This document shows positions 1-7,120 of a stretch of 64,000 bases of DNA, one piece after another. The translations under genes were made by a program, and so were the position numbers. Numbering within the stretch: the first letter of the stretch is position 1; the number at the start of each line of letters is the position of its first letter. The DNA is taken from sequence record ON529853.1, one strand, 5' to 3'. The notes beneath the pieces are model-generated. The model worked only from the letters and a program-made list of their open reading frames with translations, made no database searches and had not been told where the DNA came from.

Positions 1-363
1 AATGTTAAGCAGGGCTTCCACGTCTTGACGCGGTTTCTGCGGGATACCCGTCGGGTGGGCCGAAGGGCTGTTGTCGTTGTTCGACACGGCCTTCGTCCCC
101 GACGGTTAGCACGTTGATAATGACGCGGAGGCTACGCGGAAACCCCTTGAAAGTCAAGATTTTTGGCAACGATTGCCAGCCAATAAATTCCTTGACGAAG
201 CACAGCGCCGGAATCACAACACCCCGCACCGGACGGGGGCCAGTGCGGGGTGTTGCTTGACGACGGAGGACAGGGTCAGCCGGACTAGGCCCCGTGGCTG
301 ACGACGTGCCTGATGCTTCTGTACGTGGAGGTGCGCCGCGTGTCAACCCTCTCGGTCAGATAA

Positions 364-444
364 TGGCGGGGGCGGAGGGAATCGAACCCCCTGGTTGACG
401 CCTTCGGAGGGCGTTGCCTACATTCCGGTCGGCACTTCGCCCCC
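364..444 (-). tRNA. trnR: tRNA-Arg(CCG)
   Basis: Cloverleaf; anticodon arm ACGCC-CTCCGAA-GGCGT; TTCGATT T-loop; encoded CCA. Confidence 0.9.
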
Positions 445-482
445 GAGGCGGTGGGCCGGGCGGACCCGGCGTTAAGTAAGAG

Positions 483-564
483 TGGCGCCCAAGGCAGGAT
501 TTGAACCTGCGTTTGCAACTCCGCTACGGATAAGGCCTTCGTAGGACCCCTCGGTTACTTGGGC
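483..564 (-). tRNA. Atypical tRNA-Arg(ACG)-like, no D-arm, long variable region
   Basis: Perfect acceptor GCCCAAG/CTTGGGC+G+CCA; T-arm GCAGG-TTCAAAT-CCTGC; loop CTACGAA; only 7-8 nt where the D-arm should be. Confidence 0.6.
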
Positions 565-567
565 ATT

Positions 568-651
568 TGGCTCCTATGAGAGGACTCGAACCTCTAAGTC
601 TTGCGACGGTCGATTAACAGTCGACTGCGTTTACCATTCCGCCACATAGGA
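568..651 (-). tRNA. trnN: tRNA-Asn(GTT) with extra variable arm
   Basis: GTCGA-CTGTTAA-TCGAC; variable hairpin GTC-GCAA-GAC; CCA. Confidence 0.9.
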
Positions 652-676
652 ACAAACTGAATACTGATGTTTTACC

Positions 677-750
677 TGGTTCTGGCTCTAGGAATCGAAC
701 CTAAATCTCGGAGACCAAAACTCCGCGTGATACCGTTACACTAAGCCAGA
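677..750 (-). tRNA. trnQ: tRNA-Gln(TTG)
   Basis: CGGAG-TTTTGGT-CTCCG; CCA. Confidence 0.9.
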
Positions 751-761
751 TCAGGAAAACT

Positions 762-839
762 TGGTAGGAGGTACTGGATTCGAACCAGTGAAATGTCGGT
801 ATGTAACACCGATGCCTTGGGCCGCTTGGCGAACCTCCC
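762..839 (-). tRNA. trnV: tRNA-Val(TAC)
   Basis: TCGGT-GTTACAT-ACCGA (G32); CCA. Confidence 0.8.
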
Positions 840-884
840 ATGAAAGAGTAGCGTATCTCCACTACTCAGTGACAAAAGTAAAGT

Positions 885-961
885 TGGTCCTAGCACCAGG
901 ATTTGAACCTGGGACCGAGCGGTTATCGACCGCGCGCTCTACCAAACTGAGCTATGCTAGG
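885..961 (-). tRNA. trnI: tRNA-Ile(GAT)
   Basis: GCGG-TCGATAA-CCGC (C33); CCA. Confidence 0.85.
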
Positions 962-965
962 GCTG

Positions 966-1040
966 TGGTAGCGGATACAGGAATCGCACCTGTGCTTGTC
1001 GGCGTGTCATACCGATGCCTTTCTACTTGGCTAATCCGCC
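966..1040 (-). tRNA. trnV: tRNA-Val(GAC)
   Basis: TCGGT-ATGACAC-GCCGA; T-loop TGCGATT; CCA. Confidence 0.8.
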
Positions 1041-1053
1041 ACACAGGAAAAGG

Positions 1054-1128
1054 TGGCCCACCCAGGAGCGCTCGCATCTCCGTCTCGGGGATTTCACTCC
1101 CGTGCTAATCTGTCTCAGCTATGAGTGG
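1054..1128 (-). tRNA. trnF: tRNA-Phe(GAA)
   Basis: CGGGA-GTGAAAT-CCCCG; divergent T-loop TGCGAGC; CCA. Confidence 0.75.
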
Positions 1129-1129
1129 A

Positions 1130-1213
1130 TGGTGGGAAGGGAGAGAATTCGCACTCTCACAGCTTGCGCGGGGGATTTACAGTCCCTTGGGCTCACTCGT
1201 GCCCAGCCTGCCC
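1130..1213 (-). tRNA. trnY: tRNA-Tyr(GTA)
   Basis: AGGGA-CTGTAAA-TCCCC; variable arm; CCA. Confidence 0.85.
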
Positions 1214-1280
1214 AAAATGTTACGGCTCAGTCGCCGCCGGTCATGGTGATCTCCTGGATCAGATGAAGGTGTTGAAACGG

Positions 1281-1316
1281 AAAAGGCCCGCCTGGTGGAA
1301 ACCAGGCGGGCCTTCG
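1281..1316 (-). terminator. Attenuator terminator upstream of tRNA array 1
   Basis: 14-bp stem AAGGCCCGCCTGGT/ACCAGGCGGGCCTT followed by TTTTCCGTTT on the minus strand. Confidence 0.9.
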
Positions 1317-1345
1317 AAACTTGGGTGTTCTAAGTGGGTATCAGA

Positions 1346-1441
1346 TTAAATCTGCGTCCCACCATCGCCCATGCACGAATGGCCCGCCCGGTTAAACCGG
1401 ACGACCTGAATCTGCTGCACGTTGTTGCGATAGGTGAACAT
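1346..1441 (-). CDS. Leader peptide of tRNA array 1, MFTYRNNVQQIQVVRFNRAGHSCMGDGGTQI (31 aa)
   Basis: ATG 7 nt after a -10 box (leaderless geometry); codons match all nine downstream anticodons; contains antiterminator segment. Confidence 0.85.
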   Translation of the reverse strand: MFTYRNNVQQIQVVRFNRAGHSCMGDGGTQI

Positions 1442-1448
1442 GAGGAGA

Positions 1449-1477
1449 CATTTACTACAGGTGGCGGGCAGTGTCAA
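1449..1477 (-). promoter_or_regulatory. sigma70-type promoter of array 1 leader
   Basis: TTGACA-N17-TAAATG. Confidence 0.8.
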
Positions 1478-1479
1478 CA

Positions 1480-1692
1480 TTATTGTCGACGATGGACCCA
1501 AGTTTTTTCGATCTCGCGATCCCAGACGCCCCAATTGCCGTCCGTCGGATAGTCGCGGTAGCGCCAGCCGCCGCAGTAACGGCACATGGCTTCGGTCTGG
1601 TCAGCCTCAGCGGGATGCGGCTCGCAGTCCCCCGAGACGTCGCACAAAGGCCACCCGTCCGGCCCCAGGGTGGGGTCGTCCGGGTCCGTCAC
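1480..1692 (-). CDS. Hypothetical protein, 70 aa, Cys motifs
   Basis: GTG start in GTGA overlap with upstream stop. Confidence 0.65.
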   Translation of the reverse strand: MTDPDDPTLGPDGWPLCDVSGDCEPHPAEADQTEAMCRYCGGWRYRDYPTDGNWGVWDREIEKTWVHRRQ

Positions 1693-1985
1693 AGCGTGTA
1701 GTCGACAGCGGGGTCGGGAAGCCAGACCTCTTCCAGCAGACGTTCCTGCCACTGGGCCTCGTGGTCCCAGGACAGGATCACGCCGGACCGCGTTTCGCTG
1801 CCGTCGGTCAGCGTCGCGCAGCCGTAGACGTCAAAGGGAGGCGCGCCATCATAGGAATGATGGCGCAAGGTATAGTGATGGGGACCGTTGCCGCCGCACC
1901 AGCGCACCAGAACTTTCGCTCCGTCGGGGAGAGCGCGGATTTCGGCCGGGGTCAGCCTGGGGGTATCGGGGACGGCGTGGGTCAT
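1689..1985 (-). CDS. Hypothetical protein
   Basis: Coupled ORF in operon. Confidence 0.7.
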   Translation of the reverse strand: MTHAVPDTPRLTPAEIRALPDGAKVLVRWCGGNGPHHYTLRHHSYDGAPPFDVYGCATLTDGSETRSGVILSWDHEAQWQERLLEEVWLPDPAVDYTL

Positions 1986-2248
1986 CAGGCGGGGTTCGGC
2001 GGCGTATACGGCATGGGGCGCAGACGGGGCTCGGTGCGCGGATGACTGATTCCGGTCGGCATGATGTTCAGTTGCAACCCGGCGCCCCGGCGCAGCAGCA
2101 TCATGAAGTCATGGGCACGCACAGCCTCGGCCGGCGAGGCGAATGCCAGTTCGATCAGCACGCGATTGCTGTCGGTGCTGCACGCGGTCGCGATCTCGTC
2201 AGGCTCCAGGTCCAGAGCCTGCGTGGGACTGATGTTGAGCCGGCTCAT
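1985..2248 (-). CDS. Hypothetical protein (MSRLNISP...)
   Basis: ATGA overlap with def stop. Confidence 0.7.
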   Translation of the reverse strand: MSRLNISPTQALDLEPDEIATACSTDSNRVLIELAFASPAEAVRAHDFMMLLRRGAGLQLNIMPTGISHPRTEPRLRPMPYTPPNPA

Positions 2249-2787
2249 GCGCGTTTCATCCGACGCACGTTGTCCTGGTGCTTCTTCAGCAGCATCGCCC
2301 GCTTCAGCGGCGAGACCCGGTCGATGTTGCGCACCCCGTCCAGGTGGTCCATCTCGTGCTGAAGGCAAATGGCCTTGTAGCCCTTGCCGGAGAGGCTCTG
2401 CATACGGCCGTGAATGTCCTGGTATTCGACCGTCACTTCCCGATGCCGTCGCACGGGGAAAAAGACGCCCGGCATGGACAGGCATCCCTCCGGCATCTCG
2501 ATCATGTCCTCGGACTTGTCGACGAACGTCGGGTTGATCAGGATCAGTTTGGGACGATCGACCATGGCGTCCTGCACCGGCAGGCCAACATCCGGCAGGT
2601 CGATCATGGTGAAGATGCGCAAGGGCACGCCGACCTGAACGGCGGCGAGCCCCGCGCCTTCCGCCAGCAACATGGTGTCGACCATGTCGAAGCAGAGCGC
2701 CCGCACCTCGTCGGTGATCTCGAAGACCGTATCAGAGGGCTTCGTCATCCGGGCGTCGGTGCAGGGGATGATCTGGCGCAGCGCCAT
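2245..2787 (-). CDS. def: Peptide deformylase
   Basis: Signature motifs GAGLAAVQVG, EGCLS, QHEMDHLDG. Confidence 0.97.
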   Translation of the reverse strand: MALRQIIPCTDARMTKPSDTVFEITDEVRALCFDMVDTMLLAEGAGLAAVQVGVPLRIFTMIDLPDVGLPVQDAMVDRPKLILINPTFVDKSEDMIEMPEGCLSMPGVFFPVRRHREVTVEYQDIHGRMQSLSGKGYKAICLQHEMDHLDGVRNIDRVSPLKRAMLLKKHQDNVRRMKRA

Positions 2788-3014
2788 TAGGGCAGGCTCC
2801 CCAGGCCGCCGGCGGCGGAAGCCCGCCCATCACGCCAGCGGCCGACGGCGCTGACCATCCGATCGGCCTGGCCCTCGACGACTTCCAAGACGTCGATCGC
2901 CTGCATCAGCGCCATGCGCGCGTCTTCCAGGTCAAGGTCCTGGAGTTTGACAATGCGGCCCCGCACCACGACCTGATAGTCGTGGTACGGCGCCCGTTCG
3001 GCCACTTCGGACAT
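2787..3014 (-). CDS. Hypothetical protein
   Basis: Coupled ORF. Confidence 0.7.
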   Translation of the reverse strand: MSEVAERAPYHDYQVVVRGRIVKLQDLDLEDARMALMQAIDVLEVVEGQADRMVSAVGRWRDGRASAAGGLGSLP

Positions 3015-3017
3015 GGC

Positions 3018-3311
3018 TCAGATTTCGCCGAGCGCGCTCAGGTACAGGTCCAGGATGGCGTCTTCTTCCTGGCGCTTGGCCTTGTCCTGCTTGCGCAGGC
3101 GCAGCACCTTGCGCAGAATCTTCACGTCGTATCCCTCGCCCTTGGCTTCGGCGAAGACTTCCTTCATGTCGACCATGACGGCCTGCTTGTCCTCTTCGAG
3201 GCGCTCCAGCCGCTCGATGATCGAGCGCAGGCGGCCCTGGGCGGAGGCGGTCAGGGCGTCGTCGGCCGACATGGCGTTGGCGGGCTCGACGCCGGTGGTG
3301 GTCTCGGTCAT
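3018..3311 (-). CDS. gapR: GapR-like (DUF2312) nucleoid-associated protein
   Basis: LRSIIERLERLEEDK...EAKGEGYDVKILRKVLRLRK...EEDAILDLYLSALG. Confidence 0.9.
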   Translation of the reverse strand: MTETTTGVEPANAMSADDALTASAQGRLRSIIERLERLEEDKQAVMVDMKEVFAEAKGEGYDVKILRKVLRLRKQDKAKRQEEDAILDLYLSALGEI

Positions 3312-3335
3312 AGGTCTCTCGGGGTTGGTCGCCGG

Positions 3336-3584
3336 TTATCCGGTGATGAGGAAACGGAGGACGGCGAGAAGTTCGCGGTCCGCATCAGGCTGTAGGGCCT
3401 TCTGGTCGATGAGGCGCAGGGCGGCGTTCTTGCGCGCCTGCTTCTTGGCGGCGTGGACGCCGAGAGTTTGCGCCAAGGCGCGCATCTCGGTCTCGTCCAC
3501 ATAGGCGCCGAGCGCATCCCCATACCGCCGGTTGGCGGGATAGGTGGCGTAGTCGGGGGCGAGCGGCGGTAGGCCGTCCATCAC
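3336..3584 (-). CDS. Hypothetical protein
   Basis: GGAGA RBS; GTGA overlap. Confidence 0.6.
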   Translation of the reverse strand: MMDGLPPLAPDYATYPANRRYGDALGAYVDETEMRALAQTLGVHAAKKQARKNAALRLIDQKALQPDADRELLAVLRFLITG

Positions 3585-3757
3585 ATGTCTCCACAAGGAT
3601 CGTGCAGGGTGTCGCCCTGGTCGAGGTCCTCGACGAAACGGCCGTCCCGGAAACGACCGGTGGTGGTCTGGCCGTTGAGCCGGCGCACGACCCGCAACTG
3701 ATGGTCCAGCCAGTAGTAGGGCACGCCCCACGCCTCGCGGTAGACCGGCTCGGTCAC
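3581..3757 (-). CDS. Hypothetical protein
   Basis: GTGA overlap with upstream stop. Confidence 0.6.
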   Translation of the reverse strand: MTEPVYREAWGVPYYWLDHQLRVVRRLNGQTTTGRFRDGRFVEDLDQGDTLHDPCGDM

Positions 3758-4014
3758 GAGTAGGTCGCGCCTGAAGCGCGAACCACCAGATCGGCGACAG
3801 GTTTGCCGTGGGCGACGATCATCTCGTCGTAGGTGTTGATGTGGAAACGCATCAGGGCGTTGTCGACCGTCTGCCAGGCGTAGGCCTTCCACGCGTCGCG
3901 GGCGTCTTCGCGGCGCGTGAAAGACCCCACGAAGATGATCTTGCGCGGATCGCGGAAGGCTTCGTCGCGGGGATGGGGGTGCTCGCCCCCATAGACGTAA
4001 TAGGTGTCAGGCAT
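3754..4014 (-). CDS. DUF4170-like protein
   Basis: YVYGGE...FVGSF...AWKAYAWQTVDNALMRFHI pattern, recognised by eye. Confidence 0.75.
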   Translation of the reverse strand: MPDTYYVYGGEHPHPRDEAFRDPRKIIFVGSFTRREDARDAWKAYAWQTVDNALMRFHINTYDEMIVAHGKPVADLVVRASGATYS

Positions 4015-4016
4015 GC

Positions 4017-4904
4017 TTACAAAGTCACGATCAATCGGGGATTGAAGTTCGGGTTCAGTTCATGCCCGACATAGCCGCGCGGATTGCAGATCACGCGGGT
4101 CTCGCCGATCTGGTAGTCGCTGCTGTCATGCATATGACCATGGACCCACAGGGCGGGCTCCCATTCCAGCATCAGCGGCTCCAGCCGCGAGGCGTAGGCC
4201 GGGTTCAGCGGCGATCCCCGATAGCGATGGTGGCTCGACTGCTCCGACGGCGCATGGTGAGTAATCACCACGGTCGGGCCGTCATGCGGAACCCGTAGCG
4301 TTTCGGCCAGGAAGAACCGGCTCTCCAGGTGAAGGCGCCGCGTGTCTTCCGCCGTCAGGCGCTGCTGCTGCTTCAGTTCGATCTGCTGATAGTCGTTCAT
4401 ATCGGACTGGGCGTGCCGGATCGACAAGGGCCAGGTCCCGTAGAGATCGAAGTCGGTCCACAGGGTGGCGCCGAGGAACCGGACGTCGCCCATATGGACC
4501 TGCTCGTTATCCATGACGAAGACGCGGGCGGGCGCCAGTTCGTCCGCCTTGGCCTTCATCTTCTCGATGTGGCGGTGGTAGCGCCGCTTGCCGTAGAACT
4601 CGTGGTTGCCCGGCACATAGAGGCAAGGGACGTCAGGGAAATGACGCGCCAGCCAGATCACGCCGACGACGCCCGTCGCCAGGTCGCCGGCGGCGATGAC
4701 CAAATCGATCTCGTCCGCCGTCGGCGCCGTCCAGGTGCGCCGGTCCATGCCGCCGAACTCCAGATGGAGGTCCGACAGGATCAGGGCGCGCAAGGGCCGT
4801 CGTCCGGACCGGCGCTGCGCCAGGCCGGCTTCGATGTCGGCCTGCATGTCGGCCGCAGCCGCCACGGTGAACTCCATCTCAGCCTTGCTCCACTCGGTCT
4901 CCAT
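4017..4904 (-). CDS. Calcineurin-like metallophosphoesterase
   Basis: SDLH, AGD, GNHE, THH, HGH motifs. Confidence 0.93.
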   Translation of the reverse strand: METEWSKAEMEFTVAAAADMQADIEAGLAQRRSGRRPLRALILSDLHLEFGGMDRRTWTAPTADEIDLVIAAGDLATGVVGVIWLARHFPDVPCLYVPGNHEFYGKRRYHRHIEKMKAKADELAPARVFVMDNEQVHMGDVRFLGATLWTDFDLYGTWPLSIRHAQSDMNDYQQIELKQQQRLTAEDTRRLHLESRFFLAETLRVPHDGPTVVITHHAPSEQSSHHRYRGSPLNPAYASRLEPLMLEWEPALWVHGHMHDSSDYQIGETRVICNPRGYVGHELNPNFNPRLIVTL

Positions 4905-4924
4905 CGTGGAGCATCCTTGAAATC

Positions 4925-4999
4925 TGGAGCGGGTGGACAGACTCGAACTGCCGCCTCCGGGTTAGCCACCCGGCGCTCCTGGGTCCACGCGAACCCCCG
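4925..4999 (-). tRNA. Atypical tRNA-like gene (GCT anticodon, short variable loop)
   Basis: CCGGG-TGGCTAA-CCCGG; TTCGAGT T-loop; CCA; mismatched acceptor stem. Confidence 0.55.
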
Positions 5000-5282
5000 A
5001 CGATGATTCGCGTGATCATCGTCGGCCCTAGAGCCTCACCCGCATAAGTTGGCAGGAGTTTTCAGATATGGCGAGCCATACCCAGGGCGACCCTCCTGCC
5101 AGGAACCCCCGTCTCGGTTTCTTTCACCGGCCCCGACACGAGCACCTGTCAAAGCCTATTTAGCCGTCAGGCTTGTGAGAACAAGAGAGGCGATTAGGCG
5201 CCTCTCGATGAACCACGTTGCGGACGGACGTAACATCGGCTTGCCGTGATTACTGGCAGACGGCGCCGTAGCTGTCAACAAT

Positions 5283-5317
5283 GAAAAACGCCCCGACCTT
5301 TCGATCGGGGCGTTCTT
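5283..5317 (-). terminator. Intrinsic terminator
   Basis: AACGCCCCGA-TCGAAAGG-TCGGGGCGTT followed by TTT. Confidence 0.8.
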
Positions 5318-5628
5318 CAGAGATTCGCCATCCACTGCTTGCGGCAGCGGGTGTGGTCCTTCCAGGACTTGCCGCCGGGACGCGACGCCATGAGGTCGTC
5401 GTAGGACGACGGCAGGACCATCCGGCGGCCACGGGCGCGGTAGAGGCGGTCGTGGGCTTCGCCGGTGTTGCGACGCCGCTCCTGCATGGTGCGGGGGCAG
5501 CGATGCATGTAGCGCCAGCGATGGCGGAAACGCCGGCAGCGGTAGGGCTCGCCGGGCTCCAGGTAGAGGACGCGCCAGCCCACGAAGTAGAAGCCGGTGT
5601 GGGTGACGCGTTCAAATTGGGGCTTCAT
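5317..5628 (-). CDS. Small basic Arg-rich protein at the end of tRNA array 2
   Basis: AGGAGG RBS; C-terminal LPSSYDD...KSWKDHTRCRKQW. Confidence 0.75.
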   Translation of the reverse strand: MKPQFERVTHTGFYFVGWRVLYLEPGEPYRCRRFRHRWRYMHRCPRTMQERRRNTGEAHDRLYRARGRRMVLPSSYDDLMASRPGGKSWKDHTRCRKQWMANL

Positions 5629-5728
5629 GACAGCCTCCTGCTAGGTTGAGTACCTAGCGGGTGCTGTATTCCAGGTAGAATTTGATCATGGCCGCATCCT
5701 ATCTCAAGCGGGGCGGTTCGTCGAGGAA

Positions 5729-5817
5729 TGGCGGATGGGGCAGGGATCGAACCCGCGTAACCCTCTCGGGTGTCGACCGCTTAGCAAGCGGCTGCCTTAC
5801 CTCTCGGCCACCCATCC
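5729..5817 (-). tRNA. trnS: tRNA-Ser(GCT)
   Basis: GCCGC-TTGCTAA-GCGGT; long variable arm; CCA. Confidence 0.93.
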
Positions 5818-5824
5818 GGGGTGA

Positions 5825-5909
5825 TGGCGGTGCGCCAGGGAATCGAACCCTCAACCTTGCGGTCGGCGACGGTTTTCAAGGCCGCTTGTCCCCATGGACG
5901 CTGCACACC
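5825..5909 (-). tRNA. trnS: tRNA-Ser(TGA)
   Basis: Loop CTTGAAA; long variable arm; CCA. Confidence 0.85.
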
Positions 5910-5914
5910 AAAGA

Positions 5915-6005
5915 TGGCGGACGGCACGCGATTCGAACGCGTGGGACCCAGGGGGTCCGCCTGCTTTCCAAGCAGGTGCCTTAAGCCGGGCTCAGCCAGC
6001 CGTCC
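5915..6005 (-). tRNA. trnS: tRNA-Ser(GGA)
   Basis: CCTGC-TTGGAAA-GCAGG; CCA. Confidence 0.92.
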
Positions 6006-6010
6006 GGTCT

Positions 6011-6228
6011 TGGTGGAGGCGAGGGGATTCGAACCCCCGTAGACGCCGAACCCCCGCATTACCGAGGGCCGATCTCAGGTTTAGAACGCGTGTGCCGTCC
6101 TGACCATCTTCCGCAGGCCAGGAGGTCTATCGTAACGACCCCGTCGATCGGTTGCCTCTGCGTCCCGGATTTACCCGGACCGTTGTTCTGTTCCACGGTG
6201 CTCATGCCGAAACCCGAGCGACGCCCCC
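6011..6228 (-). ncRNA. Short tmRNA-like RNA with Ala-type acceptor (218 nt)
   Basis: 5' GGGGGCG pairs with 3' CGCCTCC-A-CCA (G3.U70); canonical T-arm; structured insert of over 100 nt; no canonical tag frame. Confidence 0.65.
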
Positions 6229-6238
6229 GTGAAGGAAA

Positions 6239-6326
6239 TGGAGGATGGTGTGGGATTCGAACCCACGGAACCTTGCGGTCCTCCGGCTTTCGAAACCGGC
6301 GCGATCGGCCACTCCGCCAACCATCC
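6239..6326 (-). tRNA. trnS: tRNA-Ser(CGA)
   Basis: CCGGT-TTCGAAA-GCCGG; CCA. Confidence 0.93.
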
Positions 6327-6333
6327 AGAACAG

Positions 6334-6522
6334 TCAGGCCGAGGCCGGACTGTAGTTGTCGATGTCGTCGACCCGGATCGCCGTGCCCGCCGCAATCTGG
6401 CGGTCGGCGCTCAACAGGTCGGCGACCAGGTCGTCGGCCGAGACGGCGGTGCCGAGGGTGGCGAACTTCACGTTCACCAGGCGGCCGTCCGCAAACATCT
6501 CGTCGATCGCGGCGCGATCCAT
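6334..6522 (-). CDS. Hypothetical protein inside tRNA array (62 aa)
   Basis: AAAGGT RBS; fills gap between tRNAs. Confidence 0.7.
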   Translation of the reverse strand: MDRAAIDEMFADGRLVNVKFATLGTAVSADDLVADLLSADRQIAAGTAIRVDDIDNYSPASA

Positions 6523-6555
6523 GATAGACCTTTCTGCCGGACGCGCCGGCGGTGA

Positions 6556-6626
6556 TGGTGGAGACAGTGGGGCTCGAACCCACCAAGGCGTCCTTGCAAA
6601 GGATGCCTGCGCCCTGCGCTGTCCCC
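6556..6626 (-). tRNA. trnA: tRNA-Ala(TGC)
   Basis: CATCC-TTTGCAA-GGACG; G3.U70; CCA. Confidence 0.9.
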
Positions 6627-6663
6627 GTAGGGGTTGATCGTCAGCCATGCTGACAACCATTGT

Positions 6664-6739
6664 TGGTCCTGGCACTCAGATTCGAACTGAGCCATCGTGC
6701 TCCACAAACACGCGCCTCCACCGCAGAGGCTTTACCAGG
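6664..6739 (-). tRNA. trnH: tRNA-His(GTG), no G-1, A73
   Basis: CGTGT-TTGTGGA-GCACG; CCA. Confidence 0.9.
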
Positions 6740-6741
6740 GT

Positions 6742-6829
6742 TGGTCGCGACGACAGGGATCGAACCTGCCCGGCCTCTCGGCCACTACCACCTCAAGGTA
6801 GCGCGTCTACCAGACTCCGCCACGTCGCG
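6742..6829 (-). tRNA. trnL: tRNA-Leu(GAG)
   Basis: CTACC-TTGAGGT-GGTAG; CCA. Confidence 0.93.
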
Positions 6830-6838
6830 ATCGAATGT

Positions 6839-6924
6839 TGGTGCCCGACCCCGGACTCGAACCGGGACGCCACGAGGGCCACGCCTTTTGAGGGCGCTGT
6901 GTCTACCGTTCCAGCCAGACGGGC
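6839..6924 (-). tRNA. trnL: tRNA-Leu(CAA)
   Basis: GCGCC-CTCAAAA-GGCGT; CCA. Confidence 0.93.
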
Positions 6925-6933
6925 AGTGAAAGA

Positions 6934-7020
6934 TGGTGCGGGTGAGAGGATTCGAACCTCCCCGGCACAAAGGCCACGAGTACCTGAGACTCGCGCGGCT
7001 ACCAACTTCGCCACACCCGC
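6934..7020 (-). tRNA. trnL: tRNA-Leu(CAG)
   Basis: CGAGT-CTCAGGT-ACTCG; CCA. Confidence 0.93.
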
Positions 7021-7025
7021 ATTTT

Positions 7026-7108
7026 TGGAGAACCCTGGTGGAGTCGAACCACTTGCGCCTGGATTAAAAGCCCAATCCCGGCCACCCGGATTTAACGCTC
7101 AAGGTCCC
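7026..7108 (-). tRNA. trnK: tRNA-Lys(TTT)
   Basis: TTGGG-CTTTTAA-TCCAG; enlarged D region; CCA. Confidence 0.8.
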
Positions 7109-7120
7109 CTAAAATGATGT

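Noticed and set aside
6011-6228. Canonical tmRNA or tRNA-Ala with group I intron
   Set aside because: No ANDN...AA tag or pseudoknot series; insert too short and lacks group I core motifs
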